Below the pieces are notes generated by a model. That model saw only the letters and a program-made list of their open reading frames with translations, made no database searches and was not told the origin of the DNA. The position numbers and the translations under genes are program-made. Below are positions 12,953 to 25,399 of a DNA stretch of 64,000 nt, piece after piece. The stretch spans positions 124,001 to 188,000 of the forward strand of contig CBFFRP010000028.1 of assembly GCA_965644295.1 (NCBI GenBank), written 5' to 3'. The first letter of the stretch is position 1; each line of letters opens with the position of its first letter. This stretch comes from Paraphysomonas bandaiensis. Taxonomy: Eukaryota > Protista > Chrysophyceae.

Positions 12953-14235
12953 CTAAGGCGTCACAGACTGCTTACTTAAAATCCACTCGTAGTATGCCCG
13001 AAAAGAGTCACCCAAAAATTCTGCGAAAGAAACTCCATCCTTCGTCCACCTGTCAGCCAACGGAGGCACTTTCTGCGCAACTGTATTTCTGAAGACATCG
13101 CTGCGAGTGCACCCGCTGGGAGCAGATAGAGGAAACGTAACATGTGTGTCTATGAAGCAAGGCATAGATATACGCGCTACACCAGGTGTCCTCTTGCAGC
13201 CACGCACACAGTGTGGAGTCGCCACCAGCAAGCCTCCAGACACAATCTGAAGGCACTCACCGAGCTGAATTCCCATGCAGTCCTCAGGAATACTCACCTT
13301 TTTCTCTGTCCCGTCCCTGTAGGGGTCAAGTTAATTAAAAATTCGAAGACCGCTCAGCAATAGTAGTATAAAGCAACTTTCTTACCTATCTGCCACCCAC
13401 AAACCAGCAGTTTCTGGCTCAGGGTTGGGAATGACATCCCCGGTTGTGTGATTTACAAATACCTCCGGTGCAAGGCACGTCAGAAAACCTGAATCATTGT
13501 GCCATGCAATCCAGTTGTCCGACTGGCTCGAGTTTACAGCCACATCATCAGAATCAGACGTGGAGAGAGGGAAGTAGTACAGTAACCGCGACTTCGCCTT
13601 GATAGTGTCACATATGGCAGAGTAGAAATGTCCTTCTTGATAACCCGGTACTTGTGCGACAAAGAGTCGGTCCAGATGCCTGGCAAGGTGTACAGTCACC
13701 TGCTTCATTGTACGACCAATTTCGCAACATTTGTCTTTGAAAGAAGGAATGTCTTCTTCGGATGGCCATTTATTGGCAGGGAGGGCCCTTCAAAATATGT
13801 AACTAGCGAACACTTAGAAATGACATCCTCCAATACCCTTACCATGGAAACTGCTCCCTCAGCTCAGGCGCCGGATCATCCGTCTGAGTACATATCTCTA
13901 TGTTAAACGAGTACAGCAGCGGCGTGTGTTCGTACCAGCGGATTAAAATAAAAGGAAGCCTTCGCATAGTCCGGAGCATCTCCCATCTTCTCTTTGCCAT
14001 AGCTCCATCCGGCATTATACATTGATGCTTCATCTTCGAGCTGAGCGAGTTTATCGGAGGGTAGTGTGGCGAGGGAGTGGCCGAGAGGGAGAGTGTGGGA
14101 ACATGTATCGACCCAGCCTGGAACACCACGGACAGCGAGAACACCCAGACTGTCTGAGCCATAGGCACGCAGGAGGGACTGGGAGAGGTCGCCGTCTGAT
14201 ATGAGGTCTTCGTATTGGATGATAACTACAGACAT
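12953..14235 (-). CDS. 2OG-Fe(II) dioxygenase, isopenicillin-N-synthase/DIOX_N-like (multi-exon)
   Basis: N-terminal AYGSDSLGVLAVRGVP and GWSYGKEKM. Facial triad WHNDSG ... TPHCV and 2OG-binding RIS. The ORF pieces are separated by short GT-AG introns. Confidence 0.88.
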
Positions 14236-14282
14236 CGTTCAGTTATGATGATACTGATAAACACCTTCAACTACAACCCCAA

Positions 14283-14820
14283 CATACATACATACATACA
14301 TACATACATACATACATACATACATACATACATACATACATACATACATACATACATACATACATACATACATACATACATACATACATACATACATACA
14401 TACATACATACATACATACATACATACATACACATACATACATACATACATACATACATACATACATACATACATACATACATACATACATACATACATA
14501 CATACATACATACATACATACATACATACATACATACATACATACATACATACATACATACATACATACATACATACATACATACATACATACATACATA
14601 CATACATACATACATACATACATACATACATACATACATACATACACAGATACATACATACATACATACATACATACATACATACATACATACATACATA
14701 CATACATACATACATACATACATACATACATACATACATACATACATACATACATACATACATACATACATACATACATACATACATACATACATACACA
14801 GATACATACATACATACATA
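14283..14820. repeat. (CATA)n microsatellite, about 538 bp
   Basis: Near-perfect tetranucleotide array filling most of the interval between divergent start codons at 14235 (-) and 14893 (+). Confidence 0.99.
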
Positions 14821-14892
14821 TGGATGAGGGGGTATCAATACTCTCCTCTAAACCTTCCAACACACACCTCTTAATAATTATCCTCGTATCCA

Positions 14893-16036
14893 ATGTCAAC
14901 TCTATCAGATTTGTGTAGGATTTCCAAGGAAGCATGCATCGTGCTCAGTGACATCGTGGGTCCCTTTTATCGCAGCATTGACTCCAATCAGACGTCCAAA
15001 CTGAAGTCTGATAAGAGCGTGTTCACTATTGCTGATGGAATTGTACAACATTTGCTGACGAAGCATTTATTTGTGAACAAGTTTTCCAGTGTGGTTGGCG
15101 AGGAAGATGGGTCGACTATCAATATTGTATCTGCCCCCTACTTTGTGGACGACTTGACTGTACCCGACGAATTCACGAGTATAATCGATGATGCGCGTAT
15201 CAAAATTGAGGCTCTTGGTGCTCAGATTCACCCTGATGGATACAAGGAGCTTAGTGTCTTTATTGATCCTATTGATGGTACAAGAGAGTTTTCTACGGGT
15301 ATGAGTTGCTTTGTTTATTGTATTTGTGACATATTGTCTTACTAATTCAGGATTGGGCGAGCAATGTAGCATATGCATTGGTTTCTCTGATGCCAACGGT
15401 CGTCCTGTTGCTGGGGTGGTGTTTCGTCCTTTGACGTCTCCACTGACGTATGCTTGTGGTGCTGCCTCTGAGGGCTATATTGACAGTGCTCTCTGCACTG
15501 ATGGGCCGTCCAATCCTAGGGGGCTGCTAACTAGCAATGGAAGTATATCTCCATTCATCGGACGCTTAATAGAGGAACTTGGCTACGAGCGTGTGCCTTC
15601 GGGTGGTGCGGGGAATAAGATGCTCTTTCTGTTGGAAGGTAGGGGTGGGTGCTACATACAAGACAGAGGGGTCTCTAGGTGGGACACATGTGGCGCTCAA
15701 GCGGTGATTGAGGCTTACGGTGGTACATGCAGCAAGCTCACAAAGTTTGTGGCAGATCAATCTCTTGAATCGTATACCTACCTTAGGTCAGATGTAAACC
15801 TTGATTATGAGCCTGGGGTGGCATATCATACGCCCTATAATTCCGTCCTTGACAAGGAGAAAGCAGCAGCCATCAAGCAAGGGCAAAAGTTCCTTATTGA
15901 AGACGCGTCCCACGCAAAGCCATACTCTAACCTTTGCGGCCTTTTTGCACTTGATCGCGAGAATCTGTCGAGACTCTCCGAATTTCACTCTGCCATCCAG
16001 AGAGCTATGGCCATCTCTCCTCCGGCATACGATTGA
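14893..16036 (+). CDS. Inositol monophosphatase-family phosphatase (3'(2'),5'-bisphosphate nucleotidase-like)
   Basis: Intron 15299-15350. Motifs TIADG, VGEE, FIDPIDGTREF, GGAGNK and WDTCG. Confidence 0.9.
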
Positions 16037-16716
16037 GTACGCATTGTTCCTCCCAAGGCGTCATTCATATTAAAGGAGTAGTAGTGGAATAGTATACTGT
16101 TGCAGTTTGTATTACGTTACTTTATATTCTGCTTTGTCAAAATGAACGGCCAGGTGTCGAGTAAAAGTAATGAGTAAAACTCATTGTCGTAGTATATTCC
16201 GAAATACAATGTTACCGACCCTTGCAGGCTAGGGTGTAAGCATAATACCTTTCAACCTGTAAACCTTGTAAGGTGTATCTCTAGCATAGTTGGTGTATAT
16301 ATGACGTAACACAAGAGGTGTATCGAAACTCATAAAACAGATGAGTACGACTACGACATCGCTGTATTTGTAAACTTTGAGTATACTATTATATTAGTAT
16401 TGTGTATTGTATACTCCACTCAGGTTTCGGACGACAATACTTTTCCGGTTAATAATTTCAAATTAATTTTACGGCTGTAGCATTTTGGCTTACTACTTGG
16501 GATATTGTAGATGATGTAGAATGTCTCCTACTTCCTACTTTAGGACCACATAGTTATTGGCGAATCCCTATAGCCTATTTGTTCATCAAAACTATATCCT
16601 ATCAGAGCAGAAGTTGTACGCCAAATAAAAATATACGAAAGTGATTGAATATATTTACAAAATCTATGACGACCATTGTTACATAATTTTACAACGGTTT
16701 CACCAGTTATGGCTTT

Positions 16717-18055
16717 TTATCTATATCGATCAGTTCTGTCATATCTATAGTCTCTGCTGCCATCTCGATAACTACGTCTGTAATCCTTTTCTCGAGATCG
16801 ACTCCTTCTGTGTCGCCGTTCTGAATAGCCGTGTCGCCTCTCACCGCGCATTATTAATTCATCATCTGAAGTTCTCACCAATCTCATTTCCTCCGCTCGT
16901 TGTAGGAGAGCAGTAATTGTATCTTCCTTGTCATTATCCCCACCCACTTCCGTCAATTCGCACCACCGTCGTAGCATATCTTTCCTTTCCTCCCAGTCCA
17001 ATTTCCCTCTTACTTTCCGTAGGAACAGGCAACCTTCTTTCACAGCAACATTCAGTACCTCTGCATCCAACGTCGAAAACGTCAAAGGCGATTTAGCATC
17101 ATCTAGTGTCCAGTTGCAGTACGTAACTCTTCTTCTTGATACATAGCTTTCCTGTAGACCCTCTGTATCCGTTTCCGAATCTGAAATCGCACGCAGAGCA
17201 CCCAAGAATGTGGGAACTACCATCTCATCACTTGCGCGGACACGCATGAACGGCTTAAACAGGCGTTCTTCCCCAATATTCTCCAGTAGTCCCACTAGCC
17301 ATTCTGCATGAATCCGAGAGAGCAGTACCCACTGATCCGCTTTCAGCACACTAGTATACGGAAAACACTGATACAACGGCTTAAACTGTAACTGCAAAGA
17401 GTATCCATTGTTTGGTTTAGCTTTCCAGTTGATCCAGCTCTTACTATCGTCCGAAACTGCCCGAAGAGTTTCCTCCAATGATCGGATCGGCAGACAAGTT
17501 TCGGACACAAAGCACATCGTCGATACAGTAGGACAAGAGAGAGCCTGTAAACTCATTATACCATCACAATAAGAGTCCTATACATACCGTTTGAGCGAGT
17601 CGCACCATGACTTTAGAAAGCTCCACTGACCCCCACTCGGGACATAAACAAAAGTCGACCAAACGCTCACGTACCCATGGACTGAGCACCCGCTCGGGGT
17701 GCTTCGCATGAATCCATATATGAACTTTATCAGAACTTTCCTTGCTTGCATTTTCAATCCACGTTCGCCATATTATTTCATGCGGCAGTTCGTCTATGAT
17801 GATGAAGAGCAGTCCGATACCTGTGAAGCTGTCACTCCCCAACCTTAAACCATCCTTGAAGTGCTCATTCCTGATATAAAGTCACGTATATTTATACCAC
17901 ACAACCATATAGTACCAGAATGATGTAATGGACTCCATCAATGGGCTTACTCTCTGCGGACTGGATGTATCGGGAGGTGTGTGAGAGGTACGAGGGGGCT
18001 GGGAACGGTCATGAGACTTGTACTGGTCTTTCAACCTCTGGAGAGCTGATGACAT
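16717..18055 (-). CDS. Core-2/I-branching (Branch/GT14-like, DUF266-type) glycosyltransferase-like protein with an Arg/Ser-rich tail
   Basis: Introns 17871-17915 and 17545-17587. Motifs IGLLF..LPHEIIW, IHAK, WGSVEL, SETCLPI, KADQWVLLSR, DE..VPT, TYCNW and LFLRK. Confidence 0.78.
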
Positions 18056-18451
18056 CTGCAACAATGAGAATGGCTCGGCAATGAGGAGATACGCAGATTA
18101 ATGAAGCTGTCCTCAATAGCTTATGTGTGTACATCTAGATGGAGTGAGTTGTACTGCTGTACCATGTACTGGTGTACCTGTACGAACCTGGCAATGCGCG
18201 TACTCTGATGTCAGGTACAGCAGTACATAGCGTATAAATAGAGCTGTATTTTCTGTATACAGGCCTCTAAAAGTGACTGTTATGATGGTTTGATTTGTAT
18301 AGATGTACGATAGTCCAGTACGATGTACACTGTACAGGTACAGCACTGTATAGTAGGATGATACGTACAGGCAGCAGAATGCCACCCTGCAGCATCAACA
18401 GCATCACATTTCCAACATAAATGGCAACAATCATTCCCTCAACTTGAATCC

Positions 18452-21400
18452 ATGAGTTCAAGCATGTCTTCTGAGGATGACTCTCATAGCAGGGACTCAG
18501 AGAGATGGCCGGGAGATGCGGTGTGTCGCATAACAGATGAGCTCATATACGAGCAAACAGGCGTGGATATCGTCCACAACTCACAGGATTCATCTCAAAT
18601 ACATGCGCTGGATCTTCATATTCGAGATGGCAGCAGAGGGAAGATTAGAAAAATAGAAAACTTAACGAAACTGAAGAATTTACAGCAGCTGAATATCAGT
18701 TACAATGCCATCAATAGAATTGAGGGTTTGCACGGTCTGGAGAGACTTGTTGAGCTTAACTTAGCCGAGAACTGTATTCAGAAGGTTGGTGCTGCTTTGT
18801 TTAATTTGTTATGCATATGGACTTTGCAATGTTAACTCCGTGACGATAGATCGAGAATCTGTTTCATCTACGAGCACTCGTGCGGCTGAGTTTGTGTGGA
18901 AATGAAATTGAACGGATACCTGTTGAAATATCGTCCTTAGCCAATCTGACTATACTACGCCTTAATCGGAACAAGGTATATTGCAGTTATTTTGACTTAT
19001 TTTTGGGCTTATATTGTAATTCATACATCAGCTACATGTAGCTAGGGATCTGGGGAATCTTCGTCCTTTGGGTCAGTACCGCATTGACGTGATATGCTTA
19101 TACTAGTTTATATATGTCTCTAGTTAACCTACATGAACTTCGCATTGACGGTAATCCCTTTAATTCGGGTTCGAATAGTGGGGGAATGAGGATGCAAACT
19201 GTGTTCTACTTGCCGGGTTTGCGTGTTCTCGACAATGTCGCTGTGACAGGTGCTGAAAAAGAGCGGGCGAAGGCTACTTTCTCTTCGGAGTCAGAAGATT
19301 TGGTGCAGCTCAAGTCCCGACTAGTAGCTCAACAGCGCAGAGCGGAGATGTTGGAGGAAGAGGTACGGGTGTAGTTGTGTATTTTAAGTTGGTATAACTT
19401 TTATATTCTGGATGGCATAGGCTGCGGAGATTAAGAAACAGCATCAACAGCTCGCGCTGAACTCCAGTGAAGGGACTGGTAGGGTTAGGCATCGCTCTAG
19501 GTTGGAGCTTCTATCTCGTCTGCGATCTGAAAAAACTGATGAGGCAACTGAGGCGAGAGCAGCGGTGTCCCAACTGCAACAGGAAGTTACATTCATGTCA
19601 ATTGACAATAGCTTCGATCGTTGGGGAGGAGATAACACTGGGTCATCTTCTGAGTCGGATTCGACGATGTCTAGGTCGCCCCCTGACACCCCTCCATCAA
19701 CACCTCATATTCGACAATTTACCAGTACTACTCCAGCCCCTGCTGCGACCAGCATGAGTACTTCAGCCAGTGCAAGTGTCGGTACCTCTCCTAGGTCTGC
19801 GCACACTCCCGGTGATGCCTCGCGGCAGATAAGGGAGCTGACTGACCGAGTAGAGCGGCTGGGATCTCGGCTAGTTCAAGCTGAGCGAGAAAAAGCTGAT
19901 GTTTTGACCCGTCTCCACGAAGCTGAAAATGATCTGAGGAATAGGGATGAGGTTGGTCGCTCCGGCTTAGCTGTAGACCTTTCGGAAACTCTGAGAGAGC
20001 TCTCTGAGAAGCGGGAGGAAGTTGAGCTCCTGGGATCTCGGCTAGTTCAAGCTGAACGGGAAAAGGCTGATGTTTTGGCCCGTCTACACAAAGCTGAAAG
20101 TGATCTGAGGAGTAGGGAGGAGTTTAGTCGTTCAGGCGTAGCTTCTGACCTTTCAGAAACTCTGAGAGAACTCTCTGAGAAGCGGGAGGAAGTTGAGCTC
20201 CTGGGATCTCGGCTAGTTCAAGCTGAGCGGGAAAAGGCCGATGTTTTGGCCCGTCTACACAAAGCTGAAAGTGATCTGAGGAGTAGGGAGGAAGTTGGAC
20301 GATCAGGCCTAGCTGCTGACCTTTCTGATACGCAGAGAGAGCTCTCTGAGAAGCGGGAGGAAATTGAGCGACTACGGGACTTACTGCGGGAAAAAGGTGG
20401 GCAGTAATATGCATATTACGTATTACTACTTACATGCTATCAGATAATGAGATTACCCGCGTTGTCAGAAGAGAACAGATGAAAGAACAGGAGGTGGAGC
20501 GGTGGCGCATAGAGGCAGAGACTGTTAAGAGTACTGCGGACAGGTTGCGATTAGAGCTTGATGCTGCTGACGACAAGTATAGAATGGTGGATGCAGAACG
20601 CTCATCTTGGGAGTCGCGCGCCAAGCGGGCAGAGAGAATTAAAGAAGCTGATAGTGGAGGCGACGATGACCTGCAACGGGCGAACGAATTGGTAGCCCAG
20701 CTTCGGCGAGATTTGGAAGACGCAAGGGCACAGGCTACCTCCAGTCGAGAGTGGATATCAAAAACGGTGACAGAGAATTCAACCCTTCACGAAACAGTGA
20801 GGCGACAGAAGCGGGAGCTTGATCAGATGGAGGCTAGAGAAGAGGGGGCACGATCAGCGTTGGAAATGTGTGAGGCTCGCCTAAGTAAGTGTTCACAGGA
20901 ACTTGAAAGAGAAAAGGATGTGAGGGTTAAGGCGGAAGAGAAACTCAGGTCGTATATTCAACGATCGCGAGACGATGTGGTACGGGACGAAAATCATGTG
21001 GATGCACCATTTCCTGGAAAGCCGAGAACAAGTGCAGGCGGGTATTTTGATGACACTGAATCTACTATATTCGAGGAGTCTGTTAACTCCCCTCGCCGCC
21101 GTGCGGACGGAAATCATGAGATTGAACGGGTTGCATCCGGAGGAGTTGCCGCAGTTATTGCGGAGGAAGTGAAAACGGCACAGCAGCAGGGGTGTGACCT
21201 CAAGGAGGCTTGTGCGAGAGCTGCACAGAGGCTAATACACACGACATCGAATCGAGAGGGAGGCAAATGGGCTCTTGCAGAATTTGTTGAAGCTGATCAG
21301 ACTGGTACTCAAGCTACGGAGGAAGTAAAAGCACTGCGAGCTGAGGCTGCTCAACTGCGGGTTGGTGCTTTATAATGCCGCCTCTCTTCCTTATTAACGT

Positions 21401-24061
21401 ATTGTCTTACTCAACGACAGCGCGTGCTGGTGGATTTATCCGGAAAGGAAAATGCCCTCATGGCCAGTATCGACAAAAAAGAGTTGGCCGTAAAAACACT
21501 GAAAGGACATTGTGATCAAGCGAAAAGGTATATATATATACGTGCGCGATTGCGTCTAGGTATTCCTCTTATATACACGCAGAGAGGCAGAAAGCACTTT
21601 GGCTGAGCTATCCGCTTTAGTACAGAAGCTACAAGAAGGGCAGTCAGATATCGCTGAGCAGGAGTCGAAGAAAGCTATGGTAGTAAAAGAGCTCGAAGAT
21701 GCGCGTCGTGAATTCGAGGAATTGAGTGGTTTGAGTCAGTTGGAGCACAAGAACATATTGGCCTCCCGGGAACGACTTACCGACCTTCACAAAGAATGTG
21801 CGCAGTGGGAGTCTAGGGTAGCAGCAGTGAAGGAAAAGTTCACAGAGGAAGATATGAAGTTTAGGCACGCGAAGTCTGCTGGCACAGATGAGATTAGAAT
21901 CTTACAGAGCGATTTGCTGAAGCTACAGTCTGAAGTGAAGTTGAAACGCCGATCACTGCACGAAGCAGAACGTCTGCGAAAGTCGATAGAGGAGGAATCT
22001 GAAGTGCGTCAGCGTGAATTGGGCCAACAACAACTTCTAGCCTCTCGCGAAGTTGAGGATATGCAACGAAACTTGTCGTCGGTCAAGTCGGAACTGCGAA
22101 GCCTTAACCTACAGCTTGAACAGCTTCAGGCCCAGAAAAAGCAAGAGCAGTTGGAATTACAAAGACTTGAAGACAGACGCGCGACAGAATCGAGAAAGTT
22201 AATAGCAGAAATTGACGATTCGAAGCGGAGACTTGGAGACATAGAAAAGCAGACTGCTTCATCGGAAAAGAAGTGTCGCACCGTGAAGGAGCAGCTCTCA
22301 TCTCTGGAGACAGAGAAAAGCCTCTTGACACAGGCTGTGGAAGACCTGACGCGCTCCCAAGCGGAGCTTGATCGATCCGCGGCGGAAAGACGAAGGGTAG
22401 CAGAGGAAGAGGCCGAGGCTGCTCAACAACATGCGCAGGCTGTAAGCAGGCTTTCCAGGCAAGCAACTGCATCTGCGGAGCAAAAGCGAGCTGAATGCGA
22501 CGCTATTACAGCGGAATGTCGCACGATGGAACGACGTAGTGAAGACTTAAAGCGTCTACTTCGCGAGCAGGAAGAATTATTGGAGAGGTCGCGGCAGGCT
22601 ATCAAAGGCCTGGAGGTCGAGCATTGTCGTCGTGTGAAAGACATGCAAGGCCTGAGCTCAGAGGAGGAGGAGCTCCGCATACGCTTACAGGCGCTTCGAA
22701 GCAGTATTGAAGGCGATACCCGGAAGGCTGACGATGTACGTAGACGGCTGTCACTCCTACATGATGAGGAGTCAGATCTAAAGGAGCGCGAAGGGCGTCT
22801 CAAATCGACACAGTCTCAACTGAAAAAGACTTTGGAGGAATGTCAGGACGAAGTGAATGAGTTGCGGACCATGAGTGAACGGGAGCGACGCGCTCTTTCT
22901 GATGCCAGGAGTAAACGCTCCATGATCGAGGCTGACATAGCCCGTTGTGAAGAAGAACTAAAGTTTTCTAAGGAACAGGCCGAGGAAGAAGCACGTAGAC
23001 ATGCGGAGCTCGTAAGAGAAACCCAAAGGGCACGTGAAGAGGCAGCTAAGGTGCAGAAAGAAGTAATTAATGCTCAGAGGCGTCATAATGAAGCAGTGAG
23101 AGTAGAAACTGAAATTAGACGACGAGAATCTGATGCAACACACCTGCAAAACAAACTTCGAATTGAGGCTGAGTCGCTGGCAACAACAATTAATTCGGAG
23201 AAGCACACTGTGGAAACTCTTTCTGCAGAAAGAAACAACATAATCAAAGAAATAAAGAGCGCGAAAGATGAATTGCGTGTAGTCCGTCGTGAACTAGACT
23301 CTGCCAATGTTGCACTTGAGTCGTGTATGGCGCAGCAGCAGCTCTCCAGTTCAGTTAAAGAGGAGTTAGAGATAGAAATATCTCGAATTCGTGAGGCTGA
23401 GAAAGTTGAGCTTCTTCGAGCAGAACGAATCAACGAGAGCTACAAGGATCTGGAACGGCGACTAAAAGAGATAAGGAATGAGTTGTCTCGAGAGGAGAGT
23501 ACCTACGCTCGTGTGAAGAGTAGGAGCATGGAGGAAGAGTCTAAGCTTGCTGAGCGTCATCGGTCATTGTACGCAGCCACAGAGGAGTTATCAAAGATTG
23601 AGGGTGTAATGTCAGACCTTCATAAGAATCTTCATCAGGAGCGGGGTAAAGCGATAGAAGAAATTAGTCGTCTTAGCCAAGCAAAACAAAGTGTGTTGAG
23701 TCAAATGTTTCACATGTCGGAGGCACGTACGCGCTCTAACAGAATTGGAGACACTGGTATGGGTGAAGCGACATCTACGACCGAAATGGGTCGTGGGATG
23801 GGTAGTGGCGCTCTTGATACATTTTCTCACAAAGGTGACCATGATGTGTTAAATTTACATGAAATCAAATATGGCGATAGCCATAATGGTGGCGGATGGA
23901 GTACCGGACAAATGGAAAGCACGAACGTTCGTGAAAAGTCCAATCATTTGCGTCAAGTCAACGGCGTAGATACTGTTGAGGACGTGTCCGATTTGCGAGG
24001 ACAATTATTGAAGCTGAGTGAGCAGAGTTCAGCTATTTTAAAAAGCGCAATAGATAGTTGA
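18452..24061 (+). CDS. Centriolin/CEP110-like protein (N-terminal SDS22-type LRRs plus a very long coiled coil), multi-exon
   Basis: The LRRs (RITDELI..., KIRKIENL, LNISYNAINRIEGL, LSLCGNEIERIP, GNPF, LRVLD) resemble the centriolin N-terminus. They are followed by more than 1200 aa of E/R/K-rich heptads. Confidence 0.75.
19859..20371 (+). repeat. Coding tandem repeat, 3 x 171 bp (57 aa), in the centriolin-like gene
   Basis: Units begin CTGGGATCTCGGCTAGTTCAAGCTGA at 19859, 20030 and 20201. Confidence 0.95.
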
Positions 24062-25399
24062 CATGTCGCTTTGTATCAATCACCTTATAAGTAGTTGCAT
24101 TCTTGTTGATAGATAGTGCTTGTGAAGTTAACGACTGTGTGTGTTTTGGCAAGTGTTTGCAGTTTTGTATGTTTAAATTATTCAGTTCGTAGTTGTAATA
24201 ACTGCGTTTTAAGTACAATCAGCGCATGAATATTAAATTAGATAGAAACTAATTTATGCATTTTTGCCACTTCTAATCAGTGATGAATACTCGTACTGCT
24301 CATGATTGAGGACTGATAAAAACTGGTACATAAGAATGTCTGATCATTACTACATGAGAACTAGTTTTACATCTATAGACTAACTAATAACTGGACTTGC
24401 TATATACTACTAGTGGTGGGACGACCGTCTCGGGACTGCTTAAGCATCGCTGCGAGCACCATGGTGCAACCGTCCCTTTTAGTGAGGTTAGTCGGGGGGT
24501 ATACCTTAGGGCAATGTGTCTGGCGGACCTGTGCCACGGATTATGTGAGGAGTGGATGGGGCGAGATGTAGATGAGAGTGTAAGTCGGTGGTGGAAATGG
24601 TGCTGGTTGACGAGGTGGGGTTTCGGCCACAAGTAAAGATGAGTTGTTTCCGGAGTGGTTGCGCTTGCCTCTGTCGGGTTCGGACTCTTGTAGATGATAG
24701 AAGTGGTTGCCGCCTGGAGTATTTTTGGTGTCGGGGAAGTATCCTGGGACTGGTGTTGTTGTGAGTGTGTCGGTGTCGTGACCGGTGATAGAAACTGGTA
24801 TAGATATATATGTGATATACTGCTTTAGCCGTTCTTACTGAACTTCTACGGAAGTGGGTAAAGCAAAAGCGTAGTGCACTATCAATCTAATACATGAAAA
24901 TCATCGACCTATTCGTCGGGTAATATGATGTATGAATAATATATACTTCGAATCTGAAACCTAATCAAATAGATTACCCAAAACAGTAGTAAAGAGATAG
25001 TGGTAAATATTATATATATTATTCTCAACTTAGTTTTATTTGGTTGTCTAAGAAGTCTAGATAAGGACAAGAAATATTTTAATTGAGAGGTCATGCATAG
25101 TGGTGTCTGGCAGGTTGAATTACAATGGCTATTTGTTGCCCCAATTTCAACAGTTGACAATGAGTCGATATGTACCCGTGGTAATGTACAGAAAAGGGAC
25201 AATGATTGTATATCTATTTTTAGGGAGACCCATTCATCACTTCTAATGACACACAGAAAAATGAGAAAATTATCCCTTTGTCCGGCGAAGTCGGTTCTTA
25301 TTTAGGAAATATTTATCCATTATTAAACATATCACAACAAGATACTGTTACTCAGTATCTTAGAACTCGTGTTTAGAACAAGATATGGCCTGAGAATAC

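Noticed and set aside
14215-14935. Long ORFs of HTYI/MYVC repeats (also 30853-31710 and 49932-50373)
   Set aside because: These are translation artefacts of stop-free (CATA)n microsatellites.
16285-16355. Hammerhead-ribozyme-like segment (CGAAACTCAT...ATGAGTA)
   Set aside because: A stem-III-like hairpin is present, but the CUGANGA core is not (ATGACGT) and the stem I spacing does not fit.
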